From an uncultured Syntrophomonadaceae bacterium (GTDB lineage Bacteria > Bacillota > Dethiobacteria > DTU022), in the NCBI GenBank assembly GCA_964464625.1, contig CAYXKD010000004.1, positions 6,966 to 70,965 of the forward strand: a stretch of 64,000 nt of DNA. The letters run 5' to 3'. Shown here one piece after another: positions 17,818 through 27,221 of this stretch. The position numbers and the translations under genes are program-made. The stretch's first letter is position 1; each line of letters opens with the position of its first letter. Below the pieces are notes generated by a model. The model saw nothing but the letters and a program-made list of their open reading frames with translations. It was not told where the DNA came from and searched no databases.

Positions 17818-18525
17818 TTACATTCCGCTTTCCATCTGCATATAGGTGCGCAACTGCCGGAGAATTCTCTTTTCAAAGCGTGAAACCTGGCGCTGGGTAA
17901 GGAGAAGGCGCCGGGCGATTTCAGCCTGCGTCAGCTCTTCAAAAAAACGGAGGATAATGAGGCGGCGCTCCAGCGGGGCCAGCTTCATCATCCCATCGGA
18001 GAGGGCCAGGCGTTCCAGCAGGCTCTCCTCTTCGCTAAGCCCTTCTCTTAATGGGGGCGCCTCCTCATCCAGCGAGGCGGGCGGCAGCGAAGACTCCATA
18101 ATGAGGGCGATATCTTCAGGGGCAACCCCCAGGGCGGCGGCAAGTTCGCCCGCGGTGGGCTCGCGCTGCAGGGTTTGCATCAACTGCGCACGGCAGCCCT
18201 CCAGCCGGCGCGATTGCTCCTGCAGGGAACGGCTGATTTTAAGGGGGGAACTGTGAGAGCGGCGGTAGAGGCGCATCTCCCCTTCGATCCAGGAGATGGC
18301 AAAAGTGACAAATTTCACTCCCCTGGCCGGATCAAAGCGCTGCGCCGCCTTGATCATACCGATCATCCCGGCCTGAAAATAATCCTCCAGCTCTGCATCG
18401 CGGCGGGCTATCCGCCGGGCATAGGCCCTGACAAGCGGCTCCAGGTGCAGGAAAAGCAGCTCCCCGGCCTCTTCTTCACCCTCCTGGAAGCGCTGCAGCA
18501 ATTCCTGCAGCTGCTCCTCGGACAT
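17818..18525 (-). CDS. sigF: RNA polymerase sporulation sigma factor sigma-F
   Basis: Sigma-70 regions 2-4; positioned after spoIIAA-spoIIAB. Confidence 0.9.
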   Translation of the reverse strand: MSEEQLQELLQRFQEGEEEAGELLFLHLEPLVRAYARRIARRDAELEDYFQAGMIGMIKAAQRFDPARGVKFVTFAISWIEGEMRLYRRSHSSPLKISRSLQEQSRRLEGCRAQLMQTLQREPTAGELAAALGVAPEDIALIMESSLPPASLDEEAPPLREGLSEEESLLERLALSDGMMKLAPLERRLIILRFFEELTQAEIARRLLLTQRQVSRFEKRILRQLRTYMQMESGM

Positions 18526-18530
18526 GATAT

Positions 18531-18974
18531 TTAACCCTCCCCGCGGCGGGAGCGAATCACCTTGGCCATGATCACCACAGTCCCCTCTCCCGGTGCGGAG
18601 CGAAGGTGGAGCTCGTCCATAAAATTTTCCATGATGGTAAAGCCCATCCCCGAGCGCTCCAGTTCCGGCTTGCTCGTATAGAGCGGCTCGCGGGCTTGCT
18701 CCAGGTCCTCAATACCCACTCCCCTGTCGGCAACCTCCACTGTAAGCCTCTTCCCTTCAATGACGGCGTCGATCGTGACAGGGCCGATCTTATCCTCATA
18801 GGCATGGATGACGGCATTGGTCACCGCCTCGGAAACAGCAGTTTTGATATCGCTGATCTCTTCCAGGGTGGGATCAAGGCGCGCCGCAAAAGCGGCGACA
18901 ACGACGCGGGCAAAAGCCTCATTTTCAGAGCGGCTTTCTATCTCGAGCTTCATGAATGTGCGCTTTGAAACCAT
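18531..18974 (-). CDS. spoIIAB: Anti-sigma F factor (serine kinase)
   Basis: GHKL ATPase motifs and SpoIIAB homology. Confidence 0.9.
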   Translation of the reverse strand: MVSKRTFMKLEIESRSENEAFARVVVAAFAARLDPTLEEISDIKTAVSEAVTNAVIHAYEDKIGPVTIDAVIEGKRLTVEVADRGVGIEDLEQAREPLYTSKPELERSGMGFTIMENFMDELHLRSAPGEGTVVIMAKVIRSRRGEG

Positions 18975-18975
18975 G

Positions 18976-19341
18976 TTAAGACCTCCTTGCAGGCGGCGCC
19001 CCCAGGAGCAGGTGCTGCAGGGCTTCCGCTTCGCGCTCGTACAAAGGGATCATCCGGGCCAGGCCCGAGATCTCCGTGATCCTGGAAATGTTGGCAGGGA
19101 CTTCACAGAGGGCCATGCGGCCGCCTTTTGCGGTGATCTTGCGATAGCGCCCCAGCAGGGCCCCCACCCCGGAGCTGTCCATAAAGGTAAGGCCGCCTAA
19201 ATTGAAAAGCAGAGAGCGAACATGATACCGGGCCGCCTCCCCGTCGACCTTCTCCCGCATTATCCCGGCCTGGTGATGGTCCAGCTCCCCTTTCAGGCGG
19301 ATCAGCAAAACTGATTGGCGCAGAACACATTCTACCTCCAT
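18976..19341 (-). CDS. spoIIAA: Anti-sigma F factor antagonist (STAS domain)
   Basis: STAS domain with conserved phosphorylatable Ser in DSSGVG. ATG at complement(19339-19341); ORF track extends to 19395. Confidence 0.85.
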   Translation of the reverse strand: MEVECVLRQSVLLIRLKGELDHHQAGIMREKVDGEAARYHVRSLLFNLGGLTFMDSSGVGALLGRYRKITAKGGRMALCEVPANISRITEISGLARMIPLYEREAEALQHLLLGAPPARRS

Positions 19342-19386
19342 AACTATCCCCCAGTACAGAGATGATCTCTTTTCCTTTGGAAATAA

Positions 19387-19414
19387 GTTCTGCACTTCTC
19401 AATTTTTTCCTGCA
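19387..19414 (-). promoter_or_regulatory. Possible sigma-H-type promoter for spoIIAA-AB-sigF (-35 gcAGGAaaa ... -10 gcaGAAc)
   Basis: Weak match to RnAGGAwWW-N11-RnnGAAT. A ttcgaa 0A-box-like element lies near 19488-19494. Confidence 0.25.
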
Positions 19415-19528
19415 AGCTCCTTAAATTTTTTGGCAGAAAAGTCCCCCTGCAATGTCACGGCAGCGGCTTTACCGGAGGCGGGCAGCTATTTTTCGAACTT
19501 CTCTTTCTCTCCTTTTTTTCTTTGCCAT

Positions 19529-19557
19529 CAAAAAAACCGTTCCTTGAAAGGAACGGC
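19529..19557 (-). terminator. Rho-independent terminator downstream of dacF
   Basis: Perfect hairpin ccgttcctt-gaa-aggaacgg followed on the minus strand by a run of seven T. Confidence 0.8.
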
Positions 19558-19703
19558 TCATCTCCGCCCGCCGGTGCCCGGCACATCTCCAGTTTCCTGA
19601 TCCCGGATCCCGGTGACCGGCACCTGCCAGTTTTTAAAGGAAGCGCCGATGAAAGGCAGCCAGGCCAGGCAAAGGGAAGGAGGCGCTGTCTTTTAAAGTA
19701 ACG

Positions 19704-20885
19704 TTAACGTCCAAACCTGACAATACAGTTAAGGAGCCGCATATACAGCATCCCCACAGGAGCCCGGCGAACCTCTTCGCCCGCCACCAGATCCACCACA
19801 CGCTCCTCCTTACCGTCATGATAAAGGAGCACCTCCCCCACCTTCTCCCCCTTCTGCAGGGGAAGTTCCAGCGGTATAAGCTGCACCTCTTTTTCATACT
19901 CTTCTTCGGCACCGACGGGTAAAAGAAGGCTCAGGTTTTCTGCCGCGATCACAGAAACCTCAGATGGGGAGCCCTTTTTGACGGGTAAAACTTTCACCAC
20001 CGACCCTTTTTTAATCACCGGGAGGCACTTGAAATTGCTGAAACCATAATCGAGAAGTATGCGGGCGGCATCATAGCGATCCTTTTCCGTCTCCGATCCC
20101 ATGACCACGGCCAGGAAGCGTGTCTTCCCCCTCTGTGCCGTGGCGGAGATGCTGTTCCCCGCATCGCGGGTAAAGCCGGTTTTAAGGCCGTCGCACCCCG
20201 GATAATCCATAATCATGCGGTTTGTATTGCTGAGAAAGACCTCTCCGGAGCGGATCTCATCTTTAAGAAAATGCTCATCCATCCAGAGGGTGGCCCATTG
20301 ATGTATCCGCGGATATTCCAGCAAAGCCAGGCTCATGAGCATAACATCGCGGGCGCTGCTGTAATGCTCGGGGTCGTGAAGGCCGTGAGGATTACAAAAA
20401 TGGCTCTGCTCCATCCCCAGGCTGCGCGCCTTCTCATTCATCTGCCCGACAAATCCCTCTACAGAGCCGGCCACATGCTCCGCCACAGCTACTGCGGCAT
20501 CATTGGCCGAGCCCACAGCCATTCCAATGAGCAGCTTCTCCAGGGAGACCACATCCCCGGCGCTCAAGAATATCTCAGAGCCTCCCATGGAAGAAGCCCT
20601 TGCACTGACGGTTACGGGGTCGTCAAGGGATACTTTTCCTTCAGCCAGCCGATCCATCACCAGGAGCAGGCTCATGATCTTTGTCAGGCTTGCCGGGTAA
20701 AGCCTCTCGCTGCTCTGCTTTTCCCAGATGATAGTTCCGCTGTTTGTCTCCATAAGCAGGGCGGCCTCGGCCTTGATCTCGGATTCCGGAAGGGCGGGCT
20801 CCACAATTTCAACAGTTTCGGCAAAGGAAAGCGTCGGAACAGCAAAAAAAATAAGCAGCGGGATGATGAGGCGTATCAGTTTCAC
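19704..20885 (-). CDS. dacF: D-alanyl-D-alanine carboxypeptidase DacF-type (peptidase S11), upstream of the spoIIA operon
   Basis: Signal peptide, SxxK motif (ASLTKIMSL), S11 family. Synteny dacF-spoIIAA. Confidence 0.85.
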   Translation of the reverse strand: MKLIRLIIPLLIFFAVPTLSFAETVEIVEPALPESEIKAEAALLMETNSGTIIWEKQSSERLYPASLTKIMSLLLVMDRLAEGKVSLDDPVTVSARASSMGGSEIFLSAGDVVSLEKLLIGMAVGSANDAAVAVAEHVAGSVEGFVGQMNEKARSLGMEQSHFCNPHGLHDPEHYSSARDVMLMSLALLEYPRIHQWATLWMDEHFLKDEIRSGEVFLSNTNRMIMDYPGCDGLKTGFTRDAGNSISATAQRGKTRFLAVVMGSETEKDRYDAARILLDYGFSNFKCLPVIKKGSVVKVLPVKKGSPSEVSVIAAENLSLLLPVGAEEEYEKEVQLIPLELPLQKGEKVGEVLLYHDGKEERVVDLVAGEEVRRAPVGMLYMRLLNCIVRFGR

Positions 20886-20943
20886 CGCTCTTATCCCCTT
20901 TCATTTTTTACTATTTTCCCCAAAGCCTCATCAATAATACCCA

Positions 20944-21021
20944 AACTTAGTAAACCGGTGCCAGGCACCGGTTTACCTATACCAGTTAGTTAGTGAACTT
21001 GGTGCCTGGCACCGGTTTACC
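20944..21021. repeat. Two adjacent palindromic repeat units (copy B1 gtaaaccggtgccaggcaccggtttac; B2 gtgaacttggtgcctggcaccggtttac), between deoB stop and dacF start
   Basis: Seen directly in sequence. Confidence 0.9.
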
Positions 21022-22231
21022 AGAAGGGGGTGCCGTGGTTCAGGGGGGGGAGGTGCAGCCAGGCGGAGGCGGAGGCGCCGAGGTCGGCAAAGGAGGATCG
21101 GGTGCCCAGGTTGCAGCTCTGCTCAAGCGAGGGGCTCCAGGCAATGATGGGTACATGTTCGCGGGTGTGGTCCGTGCCCGGGAAGGTGGGGTCGCAGCCG
21201 TGGTCGGCGCTGATAAAAAGATAGTCCCCGCTGCGGAGCAGGGTGAGAATTTCTCCCAGGTGGGAGTCAAAACGCTCCAGGGAGCGGGCAAAACCGGAGC
21301 TGTCATTGCGGTGGCCGTACAGTGTGTCAAAGTCTCCGAAAGTGGCCCAGATAATGCCGCCGGGGCTCTCCCGGAGCAGCCCCTTCAGCGCGGCGGCGGT
21401 GGCTTCATTGTCTCCGCCGGGCCGGTGCAGGGTAATCCCCCGGTGGTTGAAGACATCGGCTACCTTGCCGATAACCGCCACAGGATAGCCTGCTGCGGCG
21501 GCAAGATCAAGAAGGGTTGTCCCCGGCGGGGAGAGGGAGAAATCTTTTCTCCGGATTGTCCGCTGAAAAGCGCCGGGTTCGCCTGTAAAGGGGCGTGCAA
21601 TAACCCTGCCCACGCCGTGCTCCCCCTGGAGGATGGCGCGCGCTTCGGCGCACCAGCGGTAGAGCTCTTCCGGAGGGATTATCTCTTCATGGGCTGCAAT
21701 CTGGAAGACGCTGTCCGCCGAGGTGTAAACTATGGGGCGGCCCGTCTGCAGGTGGTTCTCTCCCAGTTCCTTGATGATCTCCGTGCCTGAAGCGGGAATA
21801 TTGCCTAGAATAGGACGCCCGATAGCCTTTTCAAAGGCATCGATGACCTCCCGGGGAAAACCGCGCGGATAGAGGGGAAAGGGCTTTTCCAGAACAAGGC
21901 CGGCCAGTTCCCAGTGACCGCTGGTGGTGTCCTTCCCCGCAGCACGGGAGGCCATCCGTCCGTAGTAACCCGCATTAAGCAGCGGCGGGGCCCCCGGGGG
22001 GGCGGCAGTGCCCGCTGAGAGGGAAAGGATTTCCTCCAGGCCCAGGCGCTGCAGGTTGGGCAGCTCCAGGGGGCCTTCCTTGGAAATAACATGGAGCAGG
22101 GTGTTGGCGCCGGCATCCCCGTAAGAGGCGGCATCAGGGAGCTCACCCACGCCGCCGCCGTCGATGATAACAATAACCGCCCGCCGCCCTGTGATGACGG
22201 GGCTATCAGGCTCGCGGGTGTGTTTTGTCAT
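21017..22231 (-). CDS. deoB: Phosphopentomutase
   Basis: Alkaline-phosphatase-superfamily phosphopentomutase motifs (VIVIIDGGGVGELPDA...GDAGANTL). Internal Met start at 22231 with 26-bp overlap of xerD; ORF track extends to 22411. Confidence 0.85.
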   Translation of the reverse strand: MTKHTREPDSPVITGRRAVIVIIDGGGVGELPDAASYGDAGANTLLHVISKEGPLELPNLQRLGLEEILSLSAGTAAPPGAPPLLNAGYYGRMASRAAGKDTTSGHWELAGLVLEKPFPLYPRGFPREVIDAFEKAIGRPILGNIPASGTEIIKELGENHLQTGRPIVYTSADSVFQIAAHEEIIPPEELYRWCAEARAILQGEHGVGRVIARPFTGEPGAFQRTIRRKDFSLSPPGTTLLDLAAAAGYPVAVIGKVADVFNHRGITLHRPGGDNEATAAALKGLLRESPGGIIWATFGDFDTLYGHRNDSSGFARSLERFDSHLGEILTLLRSGDYLFISADHGCDPTFPGTDHTREHVPIIAWSPSLEQSCNLGTRSSFADLGASASAWLHLPPLNHGTPFW

Positions 22232-23093
22232 AGACCTCGCGGATTTTGCGGCGGGTAATCTGAGTATAGATTTGAGTGGTGGAGATATCCGAATGGCCCA
22301 GCAATTCCTGGACTGAAAGGAGATCGGCACCGTTTTCCAGCAGGTGGGTGGCAAAGGAATGGCGGATCGTATGCGGCGTGATATCGCCGCCAATTTTGGA
22401 TTGCCGGGCATATTTCTTCAGGATCTTCCAGAAGCCCTGCCTGGTTAAACGGCGTCCGTGATGGTTCAAAAATAGCGCCTTCTCATCGTTCATCTTAATC
22501 ATTTTCGGGCGGCAGTTGCGCAGGTATTCCCCCACATAATTCACTGCCACAGAGCCGATGGGTACAATCCGCTCTTTCATGGCCTTGCCCCGGCAGCGCA
22601 AATATCCCACCTCGGGACTGAAATCGACAACATTCAGGGAGACAAGCTCTGAAACGCGGATCCCCGAGGCATACAGCAGTTCGAGCATGGCTTTGTCACG
22701 CAAGCCTGCCTGGCTGTCGTCACGGGGCTGCCGCAGCAACCTGTCCACCTCTTTTGTGGTCAGAACACGGGGCAGTTTCTTCTCAATCCGCGGCGCTTTT
22801 ACCAGTTGCGCAGGGTTCTCTTCCATGAGATCTTCATGCACCAGAAAGTTGAAAAATGAACGAATGGAGGCCACATTGCGGGAAATAGTTGAAGGCGCCC
22901 TCCCATCCTCTTTCAGGCGGAGAAGATAGCGGGTGATGAGCGAGCGATCAACTTTTGACGGCGAGGATACCTTCTCTTTCTCCAGGAACTGAATAAATTT
23001 TTTCAAATCCCGCCTGTAAGAGTCGAGAGTATTCCGGGCCAGTCCTTTTTCTACAGAAAGATAATGGGAAAAATGCTCGAGCCACGAATGCAT
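22206..23093 (-). CDS. xerD: Site-specific tyrosine recombinase XerD
   Basis: XerD homology including HxxR...Y C-terminal catalytic motifs (HTIRHSFATHLLENGADL...LGHSDISTTQIYT). Confidence 0.9.
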   Translation of the reverse strand: MHSWLEHFSHYLSVEKGLARNTLDSYRRDLKKFIQFLEKEKVSSPSKVDRSLITRYLLRLKEDGRAPSTISRNVASIRSFFNFLVHEDLMEENPAQLVKAPRIEKKLPRVLTTKEVDRLLRQPRDDSQAGLRDKAMLELLYASGIRVSELVSLNVVDFSPEVGYLRCRGKAMKERIVPIGSVAVNYVGEYLRNCRPKMIKMNDEKALFLNHHGRRLTRQGFWKILKKYARQSKIGGDITPHTIRHSFATHLLENGADLLSVQELLGHSDISTTQIYTQITRRKIREVYDKTHPRA

Positions 23094-23183
23094 TGATGAG
23101 TTGCCCCCAAAAATGAAAATTCTTCAATCTATTCCACAGCCGTGAGAGAAAACCCTTTTTTAAACAAGCGATAAACCGGCATT

Positions 23184-23816
23184 TTAGAGAATTACCGGGA
23201 TCGCCATTTTTAAGAAAACAGGCGATATGAAAGTTTCCACCAGCACAGCTGCCGCCATCAACAGCCCCAACAGGAAAAACATGAATGAATAAGGCCCCAG
23301 GTGTTCAAAGAGGGAGCAGTCTCGTTTCTCCAGGTAGCAGCGCAGGCGGAGCCAGGAAAAAGAAAAAGCTGTAACACCGCAGGCGACGAGCGCCGGAATT
23401 AAGATAAGATTGTGCGGCAGCAGGGAAGCGGCGGCAAAAAGAACACCCCGCAGCGAAGAGCGCTGCACTAAAAAACCGACGGTAAAACCAAGCGAAAAAC
23501 CCCGCAGCCCCACCAGGGCGGCGATAAAAGGAAAGCCACACAAAAATATGCCCAGAAACCAGGTAAGCAGCAGGTAGTAGCAGTTCAGGAGCAGCGCCTG
23601 CCGGAAAAGAGCCCCCTGATCGATGGCCCCGGTGCCCTTTACATGCTCAACAAAGCAACCAAAATAGCGGTTCAGCAGGAGCAGTTTCTCCATCTCCAGC
23701 CCCCGCAGGGCAAAAGCACCGGCCAGCACACCGCCGGTAAAGAGGACGATGATAAGGATATATGTGCCCATGTTTTCCTGCAAATATTCCCTGAGTTGGC
23801 GCCTGATCTCCTCCAA
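23184..23816 (-). CDS. spoIIM: Stage II sporulation protein M
   Basis: SpoIIM family membrane protein (211 aa from TTG complement 23814-23816, RBS GGAGGGGG). ORF track over-extends to 24215 across nudF. Confidence 0.75.
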   Translation of the reverse strand: MEEIRRQLREYLQENMGTYILIIVLFTGGVLAGAFALRGLEMEKLLLLNRYFGCFVEHVKGTGAIDQGALFRQALLLNCYYLLLTWFLGIFLCGFPFIAALVGLRGFSLGFTVGFLVQRSSLRGVLFAAASLLPHNLILIPALVACGVTAFSFSWLRLRCYLEKRDCSLFEHLGPYSFMFFLLGLLMAAAVLVETFISPVFLKMAIPVIL

Positions 23817-23824
23817 GTCTCCCC

Positions 23825-23870
23825 CTCCTGCCAGGAAGAATTCGCTTATCTCTATGCAGCGGAAGGGTTG
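23825..23870 (-). promoter_or_regulatory. Possible sigma-E-type promoter for spoIIM
   Basis: Minus strand reads gcATAAAcaacccttccgctgCATAGAGAt, a weak match to the -35 ATATT / -10 CATACAnT consensus. Confidence 0.25.
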
Positions 23871-23871
23871 T

Positions 23872-24423
23872 TTATGCTGTGAGCAGAGCGGCAAAGTGCA
23901 GGGCGATGATCGTTTTGGCGTCATTGATCTCGCCCCGGATAAGGGCCTGCTGCGCTTCGGCCAGGTCAATCCAAAGATGCTCCAGGGTTTCGTCACCGTC
24001 GGGATCGGGCGTTCCTTCAGTAACTCCTTCAGCAAAAAAGAGATGGATTTTTTCATCGCAAAAGCCCGGTGAGGTGTAAAACCAGGTGAGCTGCCGCCAC
24101 TTTCCACCGCGGCAGCCTGTTTCCTCCGCCAGCTCCCTTTGAGCGCAGGTGAGCGGCTTTTCGCCGGCCTCCAGTTTCCCCGCAGGCACCTCCAGCAGGA
24201 TCCCCGAGGCGGCATGGCGGTACTGCCTTACCAGGAGCAGGCGCTTTTTTTCATCGAGCACCAGGATGGCCACGGCGCCGGGATGTTCCACGATTTCCCG
24301 CAAAGCGGGCTCTTTGCCGCCCGGGTAGAGGATCTGGTCCTGTCGGAGATTTACAATCCTTCCCCGGTAAAGATAGGTTGATGAAAGTGTCTCCTCCCAA
24401 AGCTCTTTTCCCTGCTTCTCCAT
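23872..24423 (-). CDS. nudF: ADP-ribose pyrophosphatase (NUDIX hydrolase)
   Basis: Nudix box GKLEAGEKPLTCAQRELAEETG. ATG at 24423 with RBS GGAGGAAG. Confidence 0.85.
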   Translation of the reverse strand: MEKQGKELWEETLSSTYLYRGRIVNLRQDQILYPGGKEPALREIVEHPGAVAILVLDEKKRLLLVRQYRHAASGILLEVPAGKLEAGEKPLTCAQRELAEETGCRGGKWRQLTWFYTSPGFCDEKIHLFFAEGVTEGTPDPDGDETLEHLWIDLAEAQQALIRGEINDAKTIIALHFAALLTA

Positions 24424-25528
24424 ATTCTTCCTCCCCTTCCTCTTCACTGGCCAGCCCGGCCAGCCGCAGCGCCGCAACGGCGGCAGCGGCGGCGGCATCA
24501 AAAAAATAAGGATCTTCCCGGTAGCTGCGTCCCATACTCTCCGGGGGATCCAGGCCCAACTGCTTCATGATCCTCTCCAGGGGCGGCGGCTGCAGCACCT
24601 GCAGGTTGTGGCGCCCCATCAGACCCCGCCCGGCAAGCTGCCCCAGGCAAAGGCGCAGCTGCGCCGGCGGCATCAGCGGAAGCGCCAGCAGCGCCGGAGT
24701 AAGGGCGGCCAGAGCCAGGGCGGTAAGGCTGTGGTGGCTGATCCCATAATGGCGCCTGCGGCGCTCGGCAAAGGAGATCCGGGGGATAAAAAGCGGAACC
24801 CCGCCCAGGGCATTGACGCGGTTCACATGATCGCCCGTCTCCATTCCGCTAAAGCCCAGGCTGCTCGCAGTGCCGATGCTGCCGGGTCCGGGGCCGAGAA
24901 TGATAAAATCTGCTTCCACCAGTGTGCGGCAGGCGGCCAGTGCGGAGTAGACATTTACCGCCTCCAGCTGGCCGCCAAAAGCATGGCCGCAGGTTACCGT
25001 GCCGCTGAGCAGCCCCCTTTCCTGCAGCCCGGCGATATTCCGGCTGTAGGCAAGGGGCAGTGCAGTCCCATCGGTCATGATGTAGGCAATCCGGCAGGAG
25101 GGCCGATAATATTTCAACACCGCAACGGCAGGGGTGACCATGCTGTGCAGCTCTCCAATGAGCACAGCAGTTTTTTCCAGACTCTTGAAGCGGGCCAGCC
25201 CCGCCCCGAAACCTGCTTCATCCTCTTCGCAGCTGAGCACGCGCATTTGCCAGGGAGTGTAGCAGAGTTTCATAATATGGCCGCTGCCCCCAAAGCGGGG
25301 CGGAGGGCAGCTGTAATTATGCTCCACAAAATGATATCCGCCGCTGCCGAGCGCCAGATGGAGCGCCGTTGTATTCAGCAGAAGCAGATCGCCCCTTTTC
25401 ACCGGGCCGGTAAGAAAATTATAATTCAGCGCTGCGCTCTCTTCACCGTCAACAATCACCTTTAGTTGGCTGACCCCGCCGCGCCTTTCCTTAACGGCGC
25501 CGGCCAGGCCTATGCGGTGGCGGATCAT
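24251..25528 (-). CDS. Conserved hypothetical protein, probably DUF3866 family; C-terminal 60-70 aa are low complexity and overlap nudF by 173 bp
   Basis: N-terminal region (...GDLLLLNTTALHLALGSGGYHFV...) resembles DUF3866 proteins as I recall them. The overlap suggests a frameshift or a late stop. Confidence 0.45.
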   Translation of the reverse strand: MIRHRIGLAGAVKERRGGVSQLKVIVDGEESAALNYNFLTGPVKRGDLLLLNTTALHLALGSGGYHFVEHNYSCPPPRFGGSGHIMKLCYTPWQMRVLSCEEDEAGFGAGLARFKSLEKTAVLIGELHSMVTPAVAVLKYYRPSCRIAYIMTDGTALPLAYSRNIAGLQERGLLSGTVTCGHAFGGQLEAVNVYSALAACRTLVEADFIILGPGPGSIGTASSLGFSGMETGDHVNRVNALGGVPLFIPRISFAERRRRHYGISHHSLTALALAALTPALLALPLMPPAQLRLCLGQLAGRGLMGRHNLQVLQPPPLERIMKQLGLDPPESMGRSYREDPYFFDAAAAAAVAALRLAGLASEEEGEEEYGEAGKRALGGDTFINLSLPGKDCKSPTGPDPLPGRQRARFAGNRGTSRRRGHPGAR

Positions 25529-26519
25529 CTTGTCGGCTCAAACCACCTTTGCTAACATTCTCCACCTCTTCCGGGTTTTCCTCTAAAAAAACCGGCTGCT
25601 CTCCCCCCGTGGGGAGGGGGCCGGTGGGGATGGGGATGCTCCAAAGAGGGGGGCGGAGGGCCTTTCTTGCACGGCGACAGCCCAGGTAATCGAGACGCCG
25701 CAACAGAGTATTGCCCTCTATTACCCTGCTCAGGGAGTAATACTCACAGAACAGATGGAGAGCGGCCCAAAAGAGGAGCAGCGCCCCCTGCGCGGGGAGG
25801 GGCAGGTAAAGCACGGCGCAGGCCCCCAGAGCAGCCCCCAGCAGATTGGCGCCGCAGTCGCCGAGCATGCCCGAGGCCTCCAGGTCCATGGGGGCGAGGG
25901 CCAGGGCCGGCACCACCAGGGGCAGCAGCAGCTCTGCCGCTGCGCCGGCGCACCTTCCCGCCAGGAATATGATGAGCAGGGCGCCGGTGAAGAAGAGCTT
26001 GAGCGCCCGTCCGGGGCGGCGGTCAAAAAGGTTAATCCCATTGGCGCTCAGCAAGATGAGCGGCAGCGCCGCCAGCCTGCGCCAGGGGGTAAAAGGGAGG
26101 GCTCCGGCGAAAAGGAAACTGACCTGCAGCGCCACAACCACCTTTAGCAGTCCGCCGGTGAGCCTCCCCCGCTTTCCGGCCCCGAAATGGCCTTTGAAAC
26201 CGCTCGTTGTATCGTTCATCAGATCATCCCAGAGGCCGAGAAAAGCGAAGCCCGTCAGGAGAAAGGGCAGCGCCGCCGCCGGGGGCGGGCTCCCGCCCCC
26301 CTCTCCCCCTCCTCCCCACCCTCCCCACCAGAGCACGGCGGCGGCTGCGGTGAGGTAGCCCAGGAGCAGGGCCGGCCCCAGGGCCGGGGAGACGGCCTCC
26401 CCGCGGTAGTTAACCTTTACCAGCCTTCTGCGCTCATAGAATTCGATGAGCCGCCGCCCCAGAAAGGCGGTCCAAAGCGGAGCTGCCAGCAGAACAGCCA
26501 TTCCCAAATAGTCCGGCAC
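25491..26519 (-). CDS. Glycosyltransferase family 4 (MraY/WecA-like polyprenyl-phosphate sugar-phosphate transferase)
   Basis: Multi-TM protein with GLWDDL and NGINLFD motifs. Its C-terminal tail overlaps the next ORF by 38 bp. Confidence 0.7.
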   Translation of the reverse strand: MPDYLGMAVLLAAPLWTAFLGRRLIEFYERRRLVKVNYRGEAVSPALGPALLLGYLTAAAAVLWWGGWGGGGEGGGSPPPAAALPFLLTGFAFLGLWDDLMNDTTSGFKGHFGAGKRGRLTGGLLKVVVALQVSFLFAGALPFTPWRRLAALPLILLSANGINLFDRRPGRALKLFFTGALLIIFLAGRCAGAAAELLLPLVVPALALAPMDLEASGMLGDCGANLLGAALGACAVLYLPLPAQGALLLFWAALHLFCEYYSLSRVIEGNTLLRRLDYLGCRRARKALRPPLWSIPIPTGPLPTGGEQPVFLEENPEEVENVSKGGLSRQDDPPPHRPGRRR

Positions 26520-26521
26520 GG

Positions 26522-27208
26522 CTAAGGGGCCGCTCCCCTGAGCAGTCGATCACGGCGCCGCCAGAGTTCGCGCAGAAGGGCAATACACTGGCGGCCCCGG
26601 TGCAGGAAGGCCGATGGCCCCCTTCCCCTTTCGCGGTGTGACATCAGGGTGGGCACCTCCAGAATGCGGCAGCCCTGCTGCAGCAGATCCAGTGTCAGCG
26701 CCACTTCCAGCCCGAAGCCGCGGGGCGGGAACGAGAGCAGCCCCAGCAGCTCGCGCCGGAGAATCCTCTGGCCCGAGAGGGGTTCGCGGGGCAGCCAGCC
26801 GGAAATGCGGTAGATGGACCAGGCAGCCAGTTTTTTTACAAGGCCGAAACCGCCCCGCCGGCGGCGGGGGGGAAAGGCGGCCACCGTCATGGAGGCCCCG
26901 CCGGCGGCAAGGGGGGCCATGAGTTTTTTAAGCTCCACCGCCGATTCGCCCAGATCGGCATCGACAAGGGCGAGGTAGGGCGCCAGGGCAAAGCGGGCGC
27001 CAAAAAGGACCGCCTCTCCCTTGCCGAGATTGCGCGGCAACCGGATAACACGCGCCCCGGCAGCGGTGGCTTCCGCGGCGGTCCCATCGGCAGAGCCGTC
27101 ATCCACCACCAGGATCTCTTTGACCTGGGGCAATTCCAGCAGCGCCGCCACTGTTCCCCCGATATATCCCGCCTCATTGCAGGCGGGTATGAGTACATCC
27201 AGTTCCAT
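26522..27208 (-). CDS. Glycosyltransferase family 2 (dolichyl-phosphate mannose synthase-like)
   Basis: DVLIPACNEAG ... VVDDGSADGT ... DADL motifs. Start at the internal Met. Confidence 0.75.
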   Translation of the reverse strand: MELDVLIPACNEAGYIGGTVAALLELPQVKEILVVDDGSADGTAAEATAAGARVIRLPRNLGKGEAVLFGARFALAPYLALVDADLGESAVELKKLMAPLAAGGASMTVAAFPPRRRRGGFGLVKKLAAWSIYRISGWLPREPLSGQRILRRELLGLLSFPPRGFGLEVALTLDLLQQGCRILEVPTLMSHRERGRGPSAFLHRGRQCIALLRELWRRRDRLLRGAAP

Positions 27209-27221
27209 CTTCCTATCCATA

